Both the position numbers and the translations under genes were made by a program. From NCBI GenBank assembly GCA_030704615.1, contig CM060733.1:71486001-71550000 (forward strand): a DNA stretch of 64,000 bases, in the 5' to 3' direction. Below, piece by piece: positions 42,686-56,234 of this stretch. The DNA is from Takakia lepidozioides (lineage: Eukaryota; Plantae; Bryophyta). Below the pieces are notes generated by a model that was not told where the DNA came from, did not search any database, and saw only the letters and a program-made list of their open reading frames with translations. Every line of letters begins with the position of its first letter. Position 1 is the first letter of the stretch.

Positions 42686-43320
42686 CGCGACCCCCGCATG
42701 GCGGTCGCTATATTTATAAAAACAAGAAGAGCGACCGTCACATGGCGGTCGCTGTATTTTTTTTAAATATATTAAATAAGCGACCGCCGTTTGGCGGTCG
42801 CTTAATTCAAGATTAAAAATAAAAATAAGCGACCGCCGCTAAATGGCGGTCGCTGCATTTCTTAAGCATATATTAAGTAAGCGACCGCCAAACGGCGGTC
42901 GCTTTATCTAAGAATAAACATAAAAATAAGCGACCGCCGCTAAATGGCGGTCATTATTTAAAAAAAAAAAAAAAAAAAAACGACCGCCACAAGGGGATCA
43001 CTGTATTTCTATAAAACATATTAAAGATATAATAATAATAATATAATAAAGAGCGACCGCCAATCTTGCGGTCGCTTCATTTAAAACATAATAAACTTCA
43101 ACCGACCGCCAATATAGGCGGTCGCTTATTTTAAAATATAATAAAATACAAACGACCGCCAATATGGGCGGTCGCTTCATTTATAAATTTACCGGCGACT
43201 GCCAATATATGCGGTCGCTTAATTTAATAAAATATTAAATTACAAGAGACCGTCAATATGGGCGGTCCCTTGATTTAAAAAATAATAAATTATAAGCGAC
43301 CACCAATATAGGCTGACGTA
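42686..43320. repeat. Array of about 13 short palindromes GCGACCGCC-N(3-7)-GGCGGTCGC, period about 50 bp
   Basis: GC-rich hairpins separated by AT-rich linkers; mirror array at about 44090-44795. Confidence 0.92.
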
Positions 43321-43516
43321 TTTGTTTTAAAATTAATAAATATTATTGATTGGCCACGTCTGTTTTACACCGTGGCTGCCATGTCATTACAAAGAGTAAA
43401 AGTAAATCGTAAAAGTCAAATGTAAAAAATATTACATGGGTAAACGTCCGGATTCGACGTAACATGACGCACGTCGGACGTGTCAGCGCCACGTCACGTC
43501 AGGAATGATAACTAGG

Positions 43517-43882
43517 AAGTTTACAAATGCAATGTCTGACCTAGTACAGACCATTGCATATATGAGACTTCCCACAACACTCTGATAGGGAACATCTCTC
43601 ATTGTCTCCAAGTGTGCAGCACTCTTAGGATTCATCTCCTTTGAGAGTTTGCAATTTGGGACAAACGGGATATTTACCGGCATACTTTCAGCCATACCAA
43701 AGCGCCTTAAGATATCTTCAAGATACTTACGCTGGTTCAGGTAAATCGCTCAGTCTTGTTGAACACGAGATACCAATACCCCCAAGCAGTACTAGATCTC
43801 TTTCAGATCCACCATCTCAAACTTCATTGAGATATCACTCTTCGTCTTTTTCAACAGAGCCAAGTCATTAGAGACCAAAATC
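43517..43882 (-). mobile_element. Ty1/copia reverse transcriptase fragment
   Basis: YLNQRKYLEDILRRFGM...PYQSVVGSLIYAMVCTRSDIAF, the typical RVT_2 C-terminal region, with stops. Confidence 0.9.
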
Positions 43883-44089
43883 CCTAGTTATCATTCCTGA
43901 CGTGACGTGGCGCTGACACATCGGCCGTCACGTCCGACGTGCGTCACGTCACGTCGAATCCGAACGTTTACCCATGTAATTTTTTTTAGATTTGACTTTT
44001 ATGATTTACTTCTACCCTTTGTAATGACATAGCAGCCACGGTGTAAAACAGACGTGGCCAATTATTAATATTTATTAATTATTAAAAAA

Positions 44090-44795
44090 ATACGTCCGCC
44101 TATATTGGCGGTCGCATATAATTTATTTATTTTTAAACGAAGCGACCGTCCATATTGGCGGTCGATTGTAATTTAATATTTTGTTAAATTAAGCGACCGC
44201 CTATATTGGCGGTTGCCGATAATTTATTAATTTTTAAATAAAGCGACCGCCCATATTGGCGCTCATTTGTATTTTATTATATTTTAAAATAAGCGACCGC
44301 CTATGTTGGCGGTCGGTTGAAGTTTATTATGTTTTAAGTGAAGCGACCGCCCAGATTGGCGGTCGCTCGTACTTTATTATATAATTATTAATATATATTT
44401 AATATATTTTGTAAAAATACAGCGAGGCCATGTGGCGATCGCTAGAGTTTTTTTTAAAAAAATTTAGCGACCGCCATTTAGCAGCGGTCGCTTATTCTTA
44501 TTTTTATTCTTAAATAAAGCGACCGCCGTTTGGTGATCGCTTCTTCAGTAAATTTTTGAAAAATGCAGCGACCGCCATTTGGCGGCGGTTGCTTGATTTG
44601 ATTTTGATTCTTTAAATTAAGCGACTGCTGTTTGGCGGTTGCTTACTTTAATATATTTTTTTAAATGAAGCGACCGCAATTTAGCGGCAATCGCTTATTT
44701 TTATTTTGAATCTTGAATTAAGCGACCGCCAGTAGGCGGTCGCTTATTTAATATATTTTTAAAAAATGCAGCGACGGCCATTTGGAGGTCGTTCT
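44090..44795. repeat. Mirror array of GCGACCGCC/GGCGGTCGC palindromes
   Basis: Reverse complement of the 42686-43320 array. Confidence 0.9.
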
Positions 44796-45239
44796 TCTTA
44801 TTTTTAAACGCCTGGTACGATTGGTCAGTCGTGCCGTGCGAACACGTGGCGAGGCGCCACTGGCCTGTCGCACATTTTCAAGCATAATGTCATTTTGGTA
44901 GGGGGGGGGGGTTTGGTGGGCGCCTATATTAACCATTCCCCCCTCCTTTTCTGATAACTTTTGCTCTTCTCGTGGTGCGTCTTTGGCATCTTGTAGTCAT
45001 TTCGGACTTCGTTGCTTGGCACTGCCAACGGGAGGTGCAAAGGTGATTATTTTGGGGGGGGCGGGGAAGGAGATTTTGTCGATTTTCTACTAGTCAGTCC
45101 CACCCCCTTGTTCACGGTTTAATCATCGTATCACCATTTTGCCGTTTTCGGATCTCCGGCGGCTTGTTTTTTTGTAGAAACTATGAAGACATCATCCACA
45201 CGCGTCCATTGCCGTTTTCTGAGGTTTTGTCTTGTGTAG

Positions 45240-46314
45240 TGGGCAAAGGTTTATACAATGTCGGGGGTTGTGAATTCAAGTTCTGGGGCGGGGTCGTCTG
45301 GGGGTTGGAGGAAGAGAAAATGTGCCCACGAGCGGGATAGCCAGGTCAACAAGCCAGACTATCCGGGACCGGATGCCTTGGATAGGGTGAAAGAAGTGGT
45401 AGTGGATTATTTCAAGGGTAGGGACATGATGAGGCTGGAGAATGCTTATGTCAGACATGGATGGGAGAAGTTTCAGATTTTCCAGCAGAATATGAAGAGA
45501 AAAATGACGAACGCCTTGACGGGGGTTAAGTGGACGGCGGACAAGGACAAGCCGAAGTTCAATCGGTTGATCCAAAGCAAGGCGAAAGACGCCACGTGGA
45601 ATTTGAGGCAGCTAATGAAAACATGGAAGGATATAACAACCGAGGGTCGAGTGCCTTCCGCCGAAGCTGAATTAATGCGGCGTGTTGAGTATTGGGCTTG
45701 GCCGGCAAGTTAGAATTCACATCGCCGGACTAGGGTTGTCCCTTGGAAGGCGGGGTCATCGGGCAGGGGAGGCACAACTGGTCTTTATTACCTGCATTCT
45801 AGTGCGAAGGTGGTCGAGATTTCCCTTACAAAGAAGGAGAGTATGTTAAGGTCCGTCAGTGTAGGATTGTTGGCGATTCTATAATACCGGAGCATTGGGA
45901 GCTAGCGGAAAAAAAACCCAAGTCTGAAAATCCAGAAAATACGTTGAGACAACATAACGACGAGAGTTTGACAATGAAGTTCCAGCATCCGCGTATTATC
46001 TCATATTTTGCTGTGAATGCACGTGAGGTAGAGGGTTACATTCGCTGGTGGAATGGGAGGGACAATACGCGACATGATGAACCTTGACAGAAAATGGGGC
46101 AACGATTCGGACAACAGGGTGATTTTGGAACAAAGAGGAACGGAAGCAGAGTTCCAAGAATGCGATCGCTTGCTTCATTTCCGGAAAGTGCACAGTAAAC
46201 TTGCATGGGCACTGGTGTGCATCAGGGATGTTGTCTACAAGAACGGTGTCTTGCACAACGACTTGTCCCCTGACAACATCTTGTTGCATTTTTTAGATGG
46301 CACCGAGGAGATCA
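45240..46314 (+). pseudogene. Ser/Thr protein kinase pseudogene (right copy, 3'-truncated)
   Basis: Homologous to the left copy with HNDLSPDNILL. Different stops and frameshifts; homology ends at 46314. Confidence 0.8.
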
Positions 46315-46429
46315 CTATAACCGTGGGAATAGGCATTTACAGTATGCCGACTTATGCTGCATATTCCAAACAAACCGACAATGAAAAGAGACTTCTTGCA
46401 GACTGCAACGTTGTGCAGTTTGCCAACTT

Positions 46430-49410
46430 AAGCTGGCATCACACTTGGATACATAGAAGATTGCACTTGGACCTAGATGACACTGGACACTTGGGCCAAC
46501 AGCATAGGCTACCCTAGTCAATCTATGAAGCAAGACATTTGTTTTGTTTTGTTTTGTCACGTTGAGATGTCCCAAACTACGAGGCCCCGGTGCTGGTGCT
46601 TGGTACCGTTGGAAAGCCCTCGACGAGAAGGGGTGCACGGGCTTGGTCTCAGGATTTTTGGACATTCGGGGTGGGAGATGTCGAATTCCAAGTACTTTTG
46701 GTCGCTGGAAATTCACAAAAAATAGCAAAAATGGCAAAGTGGGCATTCTTGGACAATGGTTGGAGCCTCGACGGTAGAGATATCAAGGGAAAGGTCTCCG
46801 GTTCAAATCTGGTCGTAGGCTTTCTGGAAAAAAACTTACTTCGATGACATTGGACATTTGGGCCAATGGCCAAGGCTACCCTAGAGGTTGCATTTGGGCC
46901 TCGACATAGGAGATTGCACTTTGATACATACTTAGATGACATTGGACACTTGGGCCAATGGCAAAGGCTACCCTAGAGGTTGCATTTGGGCCTCGACATA
47001 GGAGACACACTTTGATACACAGGGGATTGCACTTGGACTTAGATGACACTGGACACTTGGGCCAACGGCAAAGGCTACCCTATCAATATATGAAGTGTTT
47101 GTTTTGTTTTGTTTTGTAGCATTGAGATGTCCCAAACCGCGGGGCTCCGGCGCTGGTGCTTGGTACCGTTGGAAAGCCCTCGACGAGGAGGGGTGCACCG
47201 GCTTGGTCTCATGACTTCTGGACCTCTACGTCCAAGTGCAATCCCATATATATATATATATATTATTTTATTTTTCAGAGAGCCTACAACCAGATTTGAA
47301 CCGGAGACCTTTCCCTTGATATCTCTCCCGTCGAGGCTCCAACCATTGTCCAAAGAATGCCCACTTTGCCATTTTTGCTATTTTTTGTGAATTACCAGCG
47401 ACCAAAAGTACTTGGAATTCCACATCTTCCACACCGCAGGACTTGGGCATGTATATGGGAGCTGCACTTGGATACATGAATAGAAGATTGCACTTGGACT
47501 TAGATTTCAATTCTTCACACATGGGCCAACGGCATAGGCTACACTTGAGGTCGCACTTGGGCCTCAACATAGGAGACCCACTTGGATTCATAAGAAATTG
47601 CACTTGGGCTTAGATTTCAATTCTTCACACATGGGCCTTGACATAGGAGATGCTACTTGAATACATAAGGGATTGCACTTGGACTTAGATTTCAATTCTT
47701 AACACATGGGCCAATGGCACAGGCTACCCTAGGCCTAGATCTCCCAAACATGAGGCTCTCTAGATACATAGGGGATTGCACTTGGACTTAGATGACACTG
47801 GAGACTTGGGCCAATGGCATAGGCTACCCTAGTTGATATATGAATCGAGACGTTTGTTTTGTTTTATCACATTGAGATGTCCCAAACCCCGGGGGCCCAT
47901 CATGGGTGCTTGGTACCATTGGAAAGCCCTCGACGAGGAGGGGTGCAGGGGCTTGGTCTCATGATTTTTTGGACCTGCGGCGTGGGAGATGTGGAATTTC
48001 AAGTACTTTGGGTCGCTGGAAATTCAGGAAAAATAGCAAAGTGGGCATTCCTGGCACAACGATCGGAGCCTCGACGGGAGAGATATCAAGGAAAAGGTCT
48101 CCGGTTCAAATCAGGTCGTAGATTCCGTGGAAAAAATGATTAGACTTGAATGACTTAGATGACATTGGACCCTTGGGCCAACGACACAAGCTACTCTGGA
48201 GGTCATACTTGGGCCTAGACATAGGAGACGCACTTGAATGCATAGGAGATTGCACTTGGGCTTACATGACCCTGGACACTTGGGCCACGGCACAGGCTGC
48301 CCTAGTCAATATATGAATTGAGACGTTCGTATTGTTTTGTTTGTTTTGTCACGTTGACATGTCCCAAACCGCAAGGCCCCAGCGCTGATGCTTGGTACCG
48401 TTGGAAAGCCCTCGAGGAGGAGGGGTGCACGGGCTTGGTCTCGTGATTTTTGGACCTGCAGTGTGGGAGATCATGTGGAATTTCAAGTACTTTGGGTCGT
48501 CGGAAATTTGGGAAAAATAGCAAAGTGGGCATTCCTGGGACAATGGTTGGAGCCTTGACAGGAGAGATATCAAGGGAAAGGTCTCCGGTTCAAATTTAGT
48601 CGTAGGCTTTGTGGAAAAAAAATAATGAGAAATGGTATTTTTGGTCGCTAGACAATGATTGGAGCCTCGACATGCGAGATATCAAGGGAAAGGTCTCCGG
48701 TTCAAATCTGGTCGTAGGCTCTGTGGAAAAAAAAATGAATAGACTTAGATGACTTAGATGACATTGGACACTTGGGCCAACGGCACAGGCGACCCTAGTC
48801 AATATATGAAGGGAGACGTTTGTTTATTTGTTTGTTTTGTTTTGTGGCGTCGTTGAGATCTCCCAAACGGCGGGGCCCAGCCCTAGTGCTTGGTGCCGTT
48901 GGAAAGCCCTCGATGAGGACGGGTGCACCAGCTTGGTCTCATAATTTTTGGACCCGCGGTGTGGGAGATGTGGAATTTCAAGTACTTTGGGTCGCCAGAA
49001 ATTCGCGAAAAATAGCAAAGTGGGCTTTCTTGGAGCAGTGATTGGCCCTTCATGCGGGAGATTTGGAATTTCAAGTACTTTTGGTCGCTGGAAATTCGTG
49101 AAAAATAGCAAAGTGAATATTTCAATATATAAAACCTCGACAACAAAAATAGCAAAATGGGCATTGTTGGAACAATGACAATGAGATCTCCCAAACTGCA
49201 GGGTCTCTTGATGCACGGGGGATTACACTTGGGCCTCCATATGGGAGAAGCACTTGGATACATAGGAGATTGCACATGGGCTTAGATTTCAATTTTTCGC
49301 ACATGGGCCTTAACATAGGAGACACATTTGGATACATAGGGGATTGCACTTGGGCTTACATTTTTATTCTTAACACATGGGCCAATGGCACAGGCTACCC
49401 TAGGCCTAGA
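46430..49410. repeat. Composite repeat array with a tRNA-like B-box module
   Basis: About 5 units contain GGTACCGTTGGAAAGCCCTCGACGAG, CAAGTACTTT and AGGTCTCCGGTTCAAATCTGGTCGTAGGC, interspersed with short CATAGGAGATTGCACTTGG subrepeats. One segment is inverted (about 47260-47440). Confidence 0.85.
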
Positions 49411-49869
49411 AGTGTGTAAACTCTAGTCGAGGTTATAAGATGGGTTTACACGGCGTGAAGTATAATTCCATTTGGTGCAAGAGTGAAGTGTTGGGAACTT
49501 GGTCTCAAATTTTGACCAAGTCCAAATTTGGCTAAGTTTAAAATGGACTAAGATGAGTTACACAATACAAGGGGTGACACAAACCATAGAAGCCAAGGGT
49601 GACATTGCTTCCCATCAAGAATTAAGCTTTCCACCTCATCGCCTCCATTTACCATCACCTTACTAAAAGGCTACTCATCACTATCTAACAAACTCTCACA
49701 TTCTAAAGTATTTAACAGTGAATCTGCAGTAAGACAAAGCGAGAGAGATTTAACAGTTGGAACATGCCAGAGGAGCCTACGCTGCTTAAATCAGGCAAAA
49801 ATACTATTAGATCATATGCATACGCTTTATTTGTACATTGTTTCTATTTTGTTTTATTTTAAATAATAG

Positions 49870-51800
49870 GGCCTTCACCTTCGGAAAGAAGCTAAGCTTG
49901 GAGATGGGCGTTCTGGGAAGCTAAAGGATTCGCGGCAGATCTCCCACCTATGGGGTAGTACCCCTCAATCGCTCCAGCAGGCCTTGGGTTCCTGCAGGGT
50001 CATTCAGGCATTACTCACATCCTTCAATCTGTCCCAAACTCGTGGAGAGACATTCTCAGGCTTGGGGTGGCAACTCCCTCTCATCACCAGTGGGTGACTG
50101 CCCCCTCTCATAGCTTTCAGATTCTGTACATCACAGATGTGCCCCTCCCACTCCTTTATGGCTTTGCTTTTCTAGCTGATTCGTTTTCGGGGAGCCTTGT
50201 CACTTCTCTCCTCTCAGGCAGTCACCATCCAGGCAAGGATGGCGCCACTACCCCCCCGCATTTGCCACTCGTCCTCCAAATCAAAGGAATTCAGCCCTTC
50301 CCTCCCAGCTCACGGGCAACCAATCCTTCCTTGGCTTACGAGAATATCTTCGTCTGGATAGGGGAGAAACCAGTTGGTGAGCTGCAACTTGATCCTACAG
50401 AATGGCAGTGGAACTTCCAAGGATCCCTGAATCATTCTTTTTTCGAGTATTATGTTAAAAAAAACTTACAGAGTTTTCTGCAACCTGAACCCCTAATTAT
50501 ATTTAAAAAATGGAATGACAAGTGGGGTCATGTCTTCTACAAGGAGGAGAACTGGAAATGCATCTGGGGCCTTATTTGGGAGAAGGTAAAACCGTCTAAA
50601 CTCAGTGCATTTCTTTGGCAGATTGCCAATAGAGTCCTTAAGGTGGGCCAATTCCTAGATTTCCAAGGACCTATTCTCTGCACTTCTTGCGTGCGGCCAA
50701 CATTATTGAGTCTTTGGAGCACTGTTTTTATTTATTTATTTACTTATTTACAATGTAATTAATGCCCTTGGCCATTTGGCCCTTGGTTTTGGAATTCTAT
50801 AGTGCCTGGGAATACATCACTCTTAACCCTGTACTTGTTCTGCTGCTGAGACAACCAGCATGTAGCCCAGCGGTAATGGGCACATACCACGTTGATGTGG
50901 TTGTGGGTTCAAACCACGGTCTGCTGTGTCCTGACGATGTCCACCTTTCAAGTGGAAGGCAGTAGCCCTTGTGGTGAAGTGACACCATAAGTTACGCTCC
51001 CTTTGGGAGGCGTCATACTTTTTTTGCTGCTGAACTACAATCAAGCCAATAAATCTAGGGCTCTTACCTGCCCAGTGTTTGAGGCTCTCCGCTCTGCTTA
51101 TACTCTCTGGCAAATTTGGAAAGCACGTTGCAGCTGGGCCTTGAAAAATGAAAACACCTCCCGGACTGAGATTCTTCTTCAATGATCTTACCATAGCTGC
51201 TAAACTTGCTTGGGCAAAATTGGGTGCAAAGTATGATAGGCACCTAGAACGTGGGCTTGGCCTCCTTGCCTCCTTTATGGCTTCTTGGGGATATAGGAGA
51301 CTCATCTGCTCATGCAACGGTGCGGACTCCTCATGCTCATGGCCAGGGGCCATTTACCCCATTGTGGCAACAACGACGAATACCCATCTTCGGCCTCCCC
51401 TTACTTTGACAGATCTGATATCAATTGGAAGCATGTTAGGACTGTAGTTAAATCTAAATTACTATTCCATACATGAACTATGTAATTATCCCTTGTGGAT
51501 TCTGGTCTGGCCGCTCTCTGCTTAGTCTTGCACGTTCCCCCTGGTCTAGGGTTCATAGAGGGCCAACCCCTCTCTAGTTGACTATTCATCTTCTTCGAGG
51601 ACGACTGCCTCCCTTCATGTTTATCCGAAGGTCTATTGCTTCATGCCCACTGTAGTTCTCCCGATATCTCCTACACTTTCTCCGTGTGTTCAGGCCTCAT
51701 GGCAGCCTCCGGGCTTGTAAGGGTTTAATTTTTTCCCTTCTAATAATCTTCAATGAAATTCTGAGGGCCACCGCCCTGTTATTAAAAAAGAAAAGAAAAG
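49870..51800 (+). mobile_element. 3' part of a decayed L1-type LINE
   Basis: zf-RVT-like WKCIWGLIW...KLSAFLWQIANRVL...CTSC...ESLEHCF, then LWQIWKARC, then an A-rich tail at about 51785-51800. Confidence 0.8.
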
Positions 51801-54759
51801 GGCCCACCCCCGAAAGGGGGTGATAGCCGCAAGGCGAAGTGGCTCCTAGTTACACCGGATTCGGCCGGAGTCTTCTCTAATGTTTTTTTGCATGAAATAT
51901 ATTTCCAATCAAAAGCAAAAAAAAAAAATCTTTTTTGGTTAAAGGGGAGGTAGCCCTTGGAACATTGCTATTAAAAGTCGTCACTAACAGTGCGGAGCAA
52001 CGCGTAACCCTCATACTTAAGAATCTAGAAGGGTGTCATGCAGTGGTGAGTAGCATGTTGGTAAGATGATTACACGCGGTGAGGTTTCAGGTTTGATTCT
52101 TGATGGGAGGCTATTGTAGTGTAACCTGAGGTATTGGCACCCCAATTGGTGTAACCCCTTGTAACCCTGGAGTAGTCTATAAGCTAGGTCAGTACGGTAG
52201 CGGCCGCTTCATAGTTTTATAAAAAGAAAATAAAGTGACCGCATAATTGACGGTCATTTTTTTCAAAATTTAAAAAATATTAAGCGACTGCCATACTGGC
52301 GGTCGTTTGTATTTTTAATTTCATAAATATAAAGCCATATTGGTGGTCATTTGTATTATTAAATTCATAAATATAAATTGGCGGTTGATTTTTTTCTCAT
52401 TTTAAAAATTTGAAGCGACGGTCATATTGGCGGTCGTTTGATTTATATTTTTAAAAATACGAAGGGAAGATTGGAGGTCTCATTGTCAGAATCAGATAGG
52501 GCGATTCAAAACACATCTACATCATAGCATATGATTAGCAAAAATCCGCAATCATAGACATTCTAAATCCAATTATTTACTTAAAATTTATTTAAATTCG
52601 GATTAATTCAAAATTGGTTCAAGGGTGAGTGCATCGTTGGGGAGGCAAATGTTTTTTGGACTTTAAATAATACAATTTAGACATTGTTTCCACGTATTTG
52701 GACATTTTGGTGTTTTTCACAATTTTCGAGCAATTAGGCACTTCTTAGGAAAATTTTCCAAGCTTTAGGCACATTTTTCAAAGATCTTCCAAATTTAATT
52801 AGGCACTTGATTTTGAATTAACTATTGCCTAATAAGCTAGGTCAGTACGGTAGCGGCCGCTTCATAGTTTTATAAAAAGAAAATAAAGTGACCGCACAAT
52901 TGACGGTCGTTTTTTTTTTTAAATTTTTAAAATATTAAGTGACCGCCATAATGGAGGTTGCAAAGATATAGGGGTCACGTTCACCAGGCAGTTTGCAGTG
53001 CTACACCAGCCTCCTGCTGCCCAACAGAGTTGGAAATATGCTCCAAATTGAAAGTGGGCTTGTTGTACCCATTGAACTTCATGATATCAAAGATGTCATC
53101 GACAATTTTCGGAAGGCTTTCCTTGTATCTACTATCTTCAAATACGGCAAGACAAGAATCTCCTCATAAATATAACATAATTCGTTGAGAGTCACACTCA
53201 TCGCAAAACGCAATGTGCGTTTGTATCGTCCACGTCCACTTTCCACATACTCGTAATTCACATAATACAGCTCCTAAGCCTCTCCAGGAAAGCCAAAGCC
53301 AAAAATATAGGGGTCATGTTCCCTAGGCCTACTCGCATAAATATAACATAATTTGTTGAGAGCCACACTCATCGCAAAATGATGGCGGCCGTCATCATCT
53401 CCAACAGCACCATGGCTCCAGTGACCATCGCCTCTTGGTTTGCATGAAGATCCCATGTCCACTGGGTTCAAAGTAAGGGTAACTTGTAAACATCCTTGGC
53501 CAATGCATTTTCAGGAACCACAATTTTGATAAGAAGATCCACTTTCGCAGAACAGAATCTAGATGACCCCACCATCTGGGCTTCCACCTTTTAGCTGTCG
53601 AGGTGCTGGCACATTTCAGGAACTCCGCGCACCAACATAAATGTGTCATGTGCCTGTTTTAGCCCCTACAAAGCGAAATCATCGGATGTTGTGCTTCTCT
53701 CTACCATCCTACCTGAGCATGTGCGCGTCGGTCGGTTCCACGGCCAAAGCTGGTTGTGTTGATTGTTCCTCCAGAAACCTCCACGCACGTTTAGATGTGA
53801 CGGCCGACGTCCGACGTGACGTGTTGTGTTGTGTTGTGTTGTGAAGTCATTCTACTTATAACCAGGCTGGGTGGACGAAACAACCAATGAGGAACTATCA
53901 CAGAAGAACACCATCCTTCCACCCATGTATATTTGGTGCCGAAAGGATGACTAGGGGCCTGCCGCAATAAGCTAGGCTGCCAGCTTCCACCAGCTCAGTC
54001 CAACATTTAAATGTGAAGCCAAATCTTGCACCAAAGAGCCAAGGCTTTCAATTTACGTTTGGACGTGACGTCCGACGTCCGACGTTTGGTTTGGTTATAG
54101 GAAAATGGATGAATTGTTGGAGTTTACAAATCTCTCACTTTTCTGCTTTCGGACGCCTTACCACTTCGAGCATGAGGCCGGCTTGCTCAAGGTGGAGGTG
54201 GGTTCCAAAGGCCGGAAAGTTATGAGATATTTGATATTCTCAGTATTTGATGTCATTCACAGATAGCCTCCACTTGAGAAATAGAGAAAGAGACGGAGGT
54301 CTACTTAGCCTTCTTGTACTTACAAATGAACTTCTATTTATGGGCATTATGAATGATGGGGCCAATGTAACCAAGACGACATTTGCAGTTTATGAGACAC
54401 GCAACGCATTCTATTTATAACCAGGCTGGGTGGACGAAACGACCAATGAGGAACTATCACAGAAGAACACCATCCCTCCACCCCTGTATATTTGGGCAGG
54501 AAACACTTGGGCAAGAAAGTAATTGAGCATGTTGAAACATTGTGTAATGATTTGCCTAGCCTTGCTGGCTGCCCACATCGAAGGCAGGAAGCGCTTCAAA
54601 TCCCCCACCAACAGCACCAACACACGTTGTAGAGGCTATGGAATCGCGAGGGAGAAAGTAGCCAATCCTGGATTTTTCTCCTTTACCCGAACTCTGACCG
54701 CCTCCAATTGCTTCAGACACAACTCGGCGAGGCATCATAGTCGTTGCACTCTGGTCGCT

Positions 54760-56150
54760 TTATTTTATTTTATTTCAAAAACTCCTGCAATGGCGAGAAT
54801 ATGACTTGAGGATGTGCGCATCAAACGGCTTGTTCCTCGGTTGGAGGGCGCTCATTTAAAAAAATAAAAAAAGTGACAGCACAAACGACGGTCGCTTCTT
54901 TTTTTAATTTCAAAAACTCTTGCAATGTGGGAATATGGCCTGAGCATGCGCGTCGTGGTCGGAGGTCGATTTTTTTTAAAATATAAAGAAAATAACAAAT
55001 ATTATCTATTTTTTAATTAATAAAAATAAAATAAAATGACCGCACAATTGACGGTCGATTCTTTTTTTAATTAAAAAAACTCATCCAATGTTGAGAATAT
55101 GGCCTGAGCGTACCGCGTCAATCCGTTGGACACCGCGCCTTTCAAAAATGAAAATAAATTGAAAATAAGATAAATATTTTGTTTTTTAAATAATAAATAA
55201 ATAAACTGAGCGCCCAATCGACGGTCGTATAAAAAAATAAAGTGACGGCACAATTGACGGTCGCTTCTTTTTTTAATTTCAAAAACTCATGCAATGCTGA
55301 GAATAGGCCTGAGCATAGCACGTCGATCGGTTGGACATCGCTCCTTTCAAAAATAGAATGAAAATAAAAATTAAATGTATTTTTTTAATAAAAAGAAAAT
55401 AAAGTGACCGCCCAATTGACGGGTGCTTCTTTTTCTAATTTAAAAAACTCTGGAAATGTGAGAATATGGCCTGAGCATGTGCGCTTTGTCGGTCGGAGGT
55501 CGATTCTTTTAAAAATAAAATAAAATAAAAATAAAAATATTTTTTTATAAAAAGAAAATGTGACTGCACAAATGACAGTCGTTTTTCTTAAATTTTAAAA
55601 ACTCTTGCAATGTGAGAATATGGCCTAAGCATGTGCGTGTTGTGGTCGGAGGTCGATTTTTTTTTAAATAAAATAAAATAAAATAAAAAATAACGTACGC
55701 ACAATTGACGTCGCTTCTTTTTTTAATTTCAAAAACTCATGCAATGGTGAGAATATGGCCTGAGCGTAGCGCCTTGATTGGACGTCGCTCCTTTCAAAAA
55801 CGAAAATAAAATGAAAATAAGATAAATATTCTATTTTTGTATAAAAAATAAATAAAGTGACCGCACAATTGCCGGTTGTTTCTTTTTTTAATTTCAAGAA
55901 CTCATGCAATGCTGGGAATATGGCCTGAGCGTAGCGCGTCGATCGGTTGGACGTCGCTCTTTTCAAAAATGAAAATAAAATGAAAATAAGATAAATATTT
56001 TGTTTTTTTATAAAAGGAAAATATATCGACCGCCCAATTGACGGTCGCTTCTTCTTCTAATTTCAAAAACTCCTGCAATGTGAGAATATGGCATGAGCGC
56101 GCGTCGTGGTCGGAGGTCGATTCCTTTTTTAAAAAACAAAAAAATGGTCA
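54760..56150. repeat. About 170-200 bp tandem repeat, about 8 copies
   Basis: AAAACTC.TGCAATG..GAGAATATGGCCTGAGC and GACCGCACAATTGACGGTCG recur in each unit. Confidence 0.88.
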
Positions 56151-56234
56151 TATCCAAATGTACGTCACGTCGGACGTCACGTGTTGTTAGTGGAGGATTT
56201 GAAGCGCTTCCTGCCTTCGATATGGGCAGCGATC

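Larger units (their letters stand above)
41102..46314. repeat. Long inverted repeat: arms 41102-43516 and 43883-46314, 366-bp spacer
   Basis: Arms are reverse-complementary along their length (kinase, TATA/G-box region, palindrome array, terminal CCTAGTTATCATTCCTGACGTGACGTGGCGCTGACAC), with scattered substitutions and indels. Confidence 0.93.

Noticed and set aside
42686-44795. CRISPR-like array (palindromic repeats at regular spacing)
   Set aside because: Linkers are low-complexity AT-rich sequence, repeats vary, there are no cas genes, and the context is eukaryotic TE sequence.
42168-45241. CACTAC...GTAGTG pair as a CACTA element
   Set aside because: Both motifs lie inside the long inverted-repeat arms and homology continues past them, so they are not element ends.
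46750-46822. tRNA gene
   Set aside because: Only a B-box-like motif; no complete cloverleaf, and it is part of a repeat unit.
51820-51845. Hammerhead ribozyme
   Set aside because: The core reads GTGATAG...GAAG rather than CTGANGA...GAAA.
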